Made by a program: the position numbers and the translations under genes. Under the pieces are notes generated by a model. It made no database searches. It had not been told where the DNA came from and saw only the letters and a list, made by a program, of their open reading frames with translations. Source: Magnetococcales bacterium (GTDB lineage: Bacteria; Pseudomonadota; Magnetococcia; Magnetococcales; JADFWT01). From it: a DNA stretch of 63,636 nucleotides. Shown here in pieces: positions 60,271 to 63,636 of the stretch; position 1 is the first letter of the stretch, and every line of letters begins with the position of its first letter. Location of the stretch: the NCBI GenBank assembly GCA_015233785.1, contig JADFWT010000003.1, positions 1-63,636 of the forward strand, in the 5' to 3' direction.

Positions 60271-61551
60271 TTAAGACTCTTCTCGCTTGACCGCCCGATA
60301 GCCAATATCCCGGCGACAATAGAGATCCTTCCACTCAATGGCGTCTACGGCCTGATAGGCCCTCTGTTGGGCCTCCTTGGCGCTTTTCCCCAGGGCGGTG
60401 ACACCCAGCACCCGACCACCCGAAGTGACCGTCTGTGGGCCATCCAGCTTGGTTCCGGCGTGGAATACAAAGGCATCTTCCACCTGGGCCGCCCGATCCA
60501 GCCCGGAGATGGCCGCGCCCTTGACGTAGGAGCCGGGATAGCCCCCCGCTGCCAGCACCACACACAGAGAGGTGCGAGGATCCCATGTCACCGTTGCACC
60601 TTCTAAAGATCCATTGGCCGAGGCCATCAACAGCGGTACGATGTCTGACTTCATGCGGTAGAGAATCGGCTGGGTCTCCGGGTCGCCGAAGCGGGCGTTG
60701 AACTCCAGTGTCTTGATGCGTCCGTGGTCGATCATCAATCCGGCGTACAGCACCCCCCGATAGGGACGCCCTTCGGCTGCCATGGCTCGAACGGTGGGTT
60801 TCATCACCATCTCCATGGCTTTGGCCGACAGCTCTTCGGTGAGTACCGGTGCGGGAGAGTAAGCCCCCATACCGCCGGTATTGAGCCCGGTATCCCCTTC
60901 ACCCACGGCTTTGTGATCCTGGGATCCGGCCAGGGGCAGAATGTTTTCACCATCCACCAGGGCGATAAACGACGCCTCTTCGCCGGTGAGAAACTCTTCC
61001 ACAATGACGGTATCACCGGCCTCGCCAAAGGCCCGCTCCACCATCACCTGATCGATGGCGGCATTGGCCTCCTCAATGGATTGGCAGACGATGGCCCCTT
61101 TGCCCGCTGCCAGACCTGAGGTCTTTACCACGATGGGTGCGCCTTTTTCCTGCACATAGGCTTTGGCCTCATCGGGGTTGGTGAAGGGTTTGAACTCGGC
61201 GGTGGGGATGTTGTATTTGGCGAACAGTCCTTTCATGAACGCCTTGGAGCCTTCGATTTCGGCGGCGGCCTTGGAGGGGCCGAACACCTGAAGCCCGGAG
61301 GCTTGAAACAGATCGGTGATGCCCAGGGTGAGGGGCACTTCCGGTCCCACCACGGTAAGGTCGATCTGATGCTCAACGGCAAAATCACGCAAAGCCGGGA
61401 GATCTTCCGCACCCATAGCAACGCACTCGGCCAGATCGGCGATACCGGCGTTGCCGGGGGCACAGTAAAGCTTCTCAACCAAGGGAGATTGGGCAATTTT
61501 CCAGGCCAGGGCGTGTTCCCGACCACCACCGCCCACGATCAAAACCTTCAT
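60271..61551 (-). CDS. purD: phosphoribosylamine--glycine ligase
   Basis: Trimmed to MKVLIVGGGGREHALAWK (ATG 61551, alternatively 61557). It has an ATP-grasp core. The longer ORF start at 61644 reads through repeat copy C. Confidence 0.95.
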   Translation of the reverse strand: MKVLIVGGGGREHALAWKIAQSPLVEKLYCAPGNAGIADLAECVAMGAEDLPALRDFAVEHQIDLTVVGPEVPLTLGITDLFQASGLQVFGPSKAAAEIEGSKAFMKGLFAKYNIPTAEFKPFTNPDEAKAYVQEKGAPIVVKTSGLAAGKGAIVCQSIEEANAAIDQVMVERAFGEAGDTVIVEEFLTGEEASFIALVDGENILPLAGSQDHKAVGEGDTGLNTGGMGAYSPAPVLTEELSAKAMEMVMKPTVRAMAAEGRPYRGVLYAGLMIDHGRIKTLEFNARFGDPETQPILYRMKSDIVPLLMASANGSLEGATVTWDPRTSLCVVLAAGGYPGSYVKGAAISGLDRAAQVEDAFVFHAGTKLDGPQTVTSGGRVLGVTALGKSAKEAQQRAYQAVDAIEWKDLYCRRDIGYRAVKREES

Positions 61552-61581
61552 GCCCATAGCGCACTCCTCAACAGAAAAATT

Positions 61582-61642
61582 TTGGGGGATCCAGAGGGCC
61601 AGATGTCTCTTCTGGCGGTTGGAGGGTTGAGCCCTCCTCAAC
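61582..61642 (+). repeat. multi-hairpin intergenic repeat, copy C (shorter)
   Basis: TTGGGGGATCCAGAGGGCCAGATGTCTCTTCTGGCGGTTGGAGGGTTGAGCCCTCCTCAACA. It shares the 5' core with A and B and has the perfect hairpin GGAGGG-TTGAG-CCCTCC. Confidence 0.75.
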
Positions 61643-61788
61643 ACATAAACAATACCGATGCAAAAACGCTATAACCTACAACAGATCCCACCGCTTGACA
61701 AACCATGACAAGGCGTGCGGTTGGAGAAAGCCTAAAGTCTGGGTTAGCATGGGGAGAGATCATCCAAGCGCGCTAACAGGGAGTTTCC

Positions 61789-62436
61789 ATGACGGTAAAG
61801 CAGGTTCTATTCGATTTTGACGGGGTTCTGGCCGATACCAATGAAATTCGCAACGACGGTTTCATGGAGCTGCTAAAGGGGTATCCGTCGGAGCTGCTGG
61901 AGAAGATGGCCGATTATGTGCGTGCCAATCCCGGCTTATCGCGTTATCGCAAGTTGGACCACTTCCATGGGGAGTTGCTGGGCCGCCCCATCACCGAGGA
62001 GGTGCGTACCAAAATGGCGGGGCAATATTCGGCCATCGTCAAGCAGCGCGTCATTGAAGCAGCCCCGATTTCCGGATCCTTGGCGTTTATGCAGGCGTAT
62101 CTGGGGGTGCTGACCATGGCGCTGATCTCCGGCTCCGACCAGACGGAGTTGCGTGCGGTCTGTGCGGCGCGGGGGATCCGCCATTACTTCAGCGATATTC
62201 TCGGCTCACCGGTGGATAAAGAAGATAATCTGGCAGAGCTGTTGGGCCGGCGCGGTTGGCGCGAGGCAGAGTGCGTCTATGTGGGAGACGGCATCAACGA
62301 TCTGGAGGCGTGCCGTAAGGTGGGCATTCCGTTTATTGGGCGGCAGTCGGGAATGATCGATTGGCGTACGCTGGAACCCAACGTGGCGGTGATTGAAGAT
62401 ATCGGTGGGTTAAAACAGGCGCTGACGCAGTTCTGA
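61789..62436 (+). CDS. HAD-superfamily hydrolase (phosphoglycolate-phosphatase-like)
   Basis: Motif I LFDFDGVLADT, with S/T motif ISGS and motif IV VGDGINDLE. Confidence 0.85.
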   Translation: MTVKQVLFDFDGVLADTNEIRNDGFMELLKGYPSELLEKMADYVRANPGLSRYRKLDHFHGELLGRPITEEVRTKMAGQYSAIVKQRVIEAAPISGSLAFMQAYLGVLTMALISGSDQTELRAVCAARGIRHYFSDILGSPVDKEDNLAELLGRRGWREAECVYVGDGINDLEACRKVGIPFIGRQSGMIDWRTLEPNVAVIEDIGGLKQALTQF

Positions 62437-62489
62437 CAGGGCGTCACGGTGCCGGGGGAGATGCCGCTCCCCCCCGGCCATGGGTGCAG

Positions 62490-62828
62490 TCAACGGGGGG
62501 TTGGTCCGGTTCCGGTGTTGTAGGAGGATTTGTTCAACAGGACCCCCTCCTGATCGAACGAAAAGCTGGTCTGGATCATTCTCATCTCTGCGCCGCCTCT
62601 GAAAGGGACCATGCTATGGCTGGAGAATGCGTAGACAATGGTGCGGGTGCCGTTGGTGTAGAGAATATTGGTGGTGGGGGCTCCAAACGCTTTGACAATC
62701 TGGCTGTAGGTGGCTTTGCCTTCCTTGTACGGCGTGGCCTGACTCTCTGTGACCGGGATGCCCCTCATGGAGGTACAGGCGGAGAGTAGAAACAGCATCA
62801 CCACAAAAACGGATATTTTATGCATCAT
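62490..62828 (-). CDS. small lipoprotein, function unknown
   Basis: Trimmed to ATG 62828 or 62825 (AGGGGA upstream). It has a signal peptide plus lipobox (FLLSAC). Confidence 0.6.
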   Translation of the reverse strand: MMHKISVFVVMLFLLSACTSMRGIPVTESQATPYKEGKATYSQIVKAFGAPTTNILYTNGTRTIVYAFSSHSMVPFRGGAEMRMIQTSFSFDQEGVLLNKSSYNTGTGPTPR

Positions 62829-63144
62829 GGAGTATCCCCTGAATGATGTATGAAGGTGCGGGCCGTTATAGGGTCGCAAAAGTATATTTATCATATTAAA
62901 TTACAACGATTCATCCTAGCACCATTTAGAAATTTTATTCAATAAAAAATAAACTGATCTATTCGTAAGGGTTGATGGCCGTCCTACGCAATATCTAGCC
63001 CTGGAGAGAGGGTTTCGGTATGCTTTGAGGGTATCTGATTATATCTGGTTAACCTGTTGGTTGGGCTGAAATTTCTGGGGTACCACTCTGGATTCGCCTG
63101 TGATGTGCAGGTTTTAAATAGTTGTTATTTTTAGGAGTCTCCTG

Positions 63145-63636
63145 ATGAAGCGCGTTGCCATCATTGTTGCACAAAATTTTCAGGATGAAGAGTTCGTCTA
63201 CCCCTACTATCGCTGTTTGGAGGAGGGTTACAAGACCGAAGTCGCCACCCCGACCGGTGAGATGCTGGTGGGTAAATACGGCGTTCCGGCCCGGGCCACC
63301 ATGGCCACCAAGGATCTGGACGCCAAAGATTTTGACGCGGTGATTCTACCCGGCGGTTTTGAATCCCCCGACCGGCTGCGGCTGCGCAAAGAGGTGTTGA
63401 AGTTTGTCCGCGAGATGGACGAACAGGGCAAGCTGGTGGCGGCCATCTGTCACGGGCCGTGGGTGGTGATCTCGGCGGGCACCATCAAAGGGCGCAAGGC
63501 CACGGCCTATATGTCTATCGCTGACGATATGAAGAACGCCGGAGCTGACTACAAAGAGGAGAATCTGGTTATTGACGGCAATCTGATCACAGCGCCCCAC
63601 TATAATGATAATGGACCGTTTATGCGGGCGGTGGTG
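63145..63636 (+). CDS. DJ-1/PfpI family protein (3' end outside window)
   Basis: My own translation from the ATG at 63145 (AGGAG 8 nt upstream) is MKRVAIIVAQNFQDEEF...ILPGGF...AAICHGPWVV (nucleophile elbow). The frame stays open to the end of the window, which is why it is absent from the ORF track. Confidence 0.85.
   Translation, partial: MKRVAIIVAQNFQDEEFVYPYYRCLEEGYKTEVATPTGEMLVGKYGVPARATMATKDLDAKDFDAVILPGGFESPDRLRLRKEVLKFVREMDEQGKLVAAICHGPWVVISAGTIKGRKATAYMSIADDMKNAGADYKEENLVIDGNLITAPHYNDNGPFMRAVV

Overview
This 63.6-kb window looks like a proteobacterial chromosomal segment. I cannot place the organism from sequence alone. I support about 58 protein-coding genes and found no rRNA, tRNA, CRISPR array, transposase or integrase. 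The core genes are an F1 ATP synthase operon (atpHAGDC) running directly into glmU-glmS, plus purD-purE, tsaC, fxsA, transketolase, glutamate dehydrogenase, cyclophilin and yciB. Signalling genes include an MCP, an HD-GYP protein, an FHA protein and a stand-alone RelA/SpoT-type synthetase. Envelope and surface genes include an SLT lipoprotein, a Sel1-repeat protein, a TPR-SPOR protein and a long collagen-like Gly-X-Y protein.

The most unusual content is a roughly 18-kb glycan or sugar-modification locus (31.5-49.7 kb). It carries four radical SAM enzymes: one ArsS-like, one SPASM-type, one plain, and one B12-binding enzyme fused to a zinc ribbon and TPRs. It also carries a NeuA-type cytidylyltransferase with no sialic-acid-type synthase, a pyruvate-dehydrogenase-like E1 alpha/beta pair with no E2/E3, an SGNH/SxtJ/DUF5989/carbamoyltransferase cassette, and a TPR-GT41 (OGT-like) transferase placed immediately downstream of glmS.

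Other points of interest:
- Two AT-richer islets of orphan genes, one upstream of the RelA/SpoT-type gene and one coupled to a DUF547 / TVP38-flavoprotein operon.
- A family of roughly 60-80-bp multi-hairpin intergenic repeats, four copies, each within about 50 nt of a start codon.
- Recurrent polylysine tails on otherwise ordinary enzymes.

All functional calls rest on motif and family recognition by eye from the translated ORFs. No database search was run.
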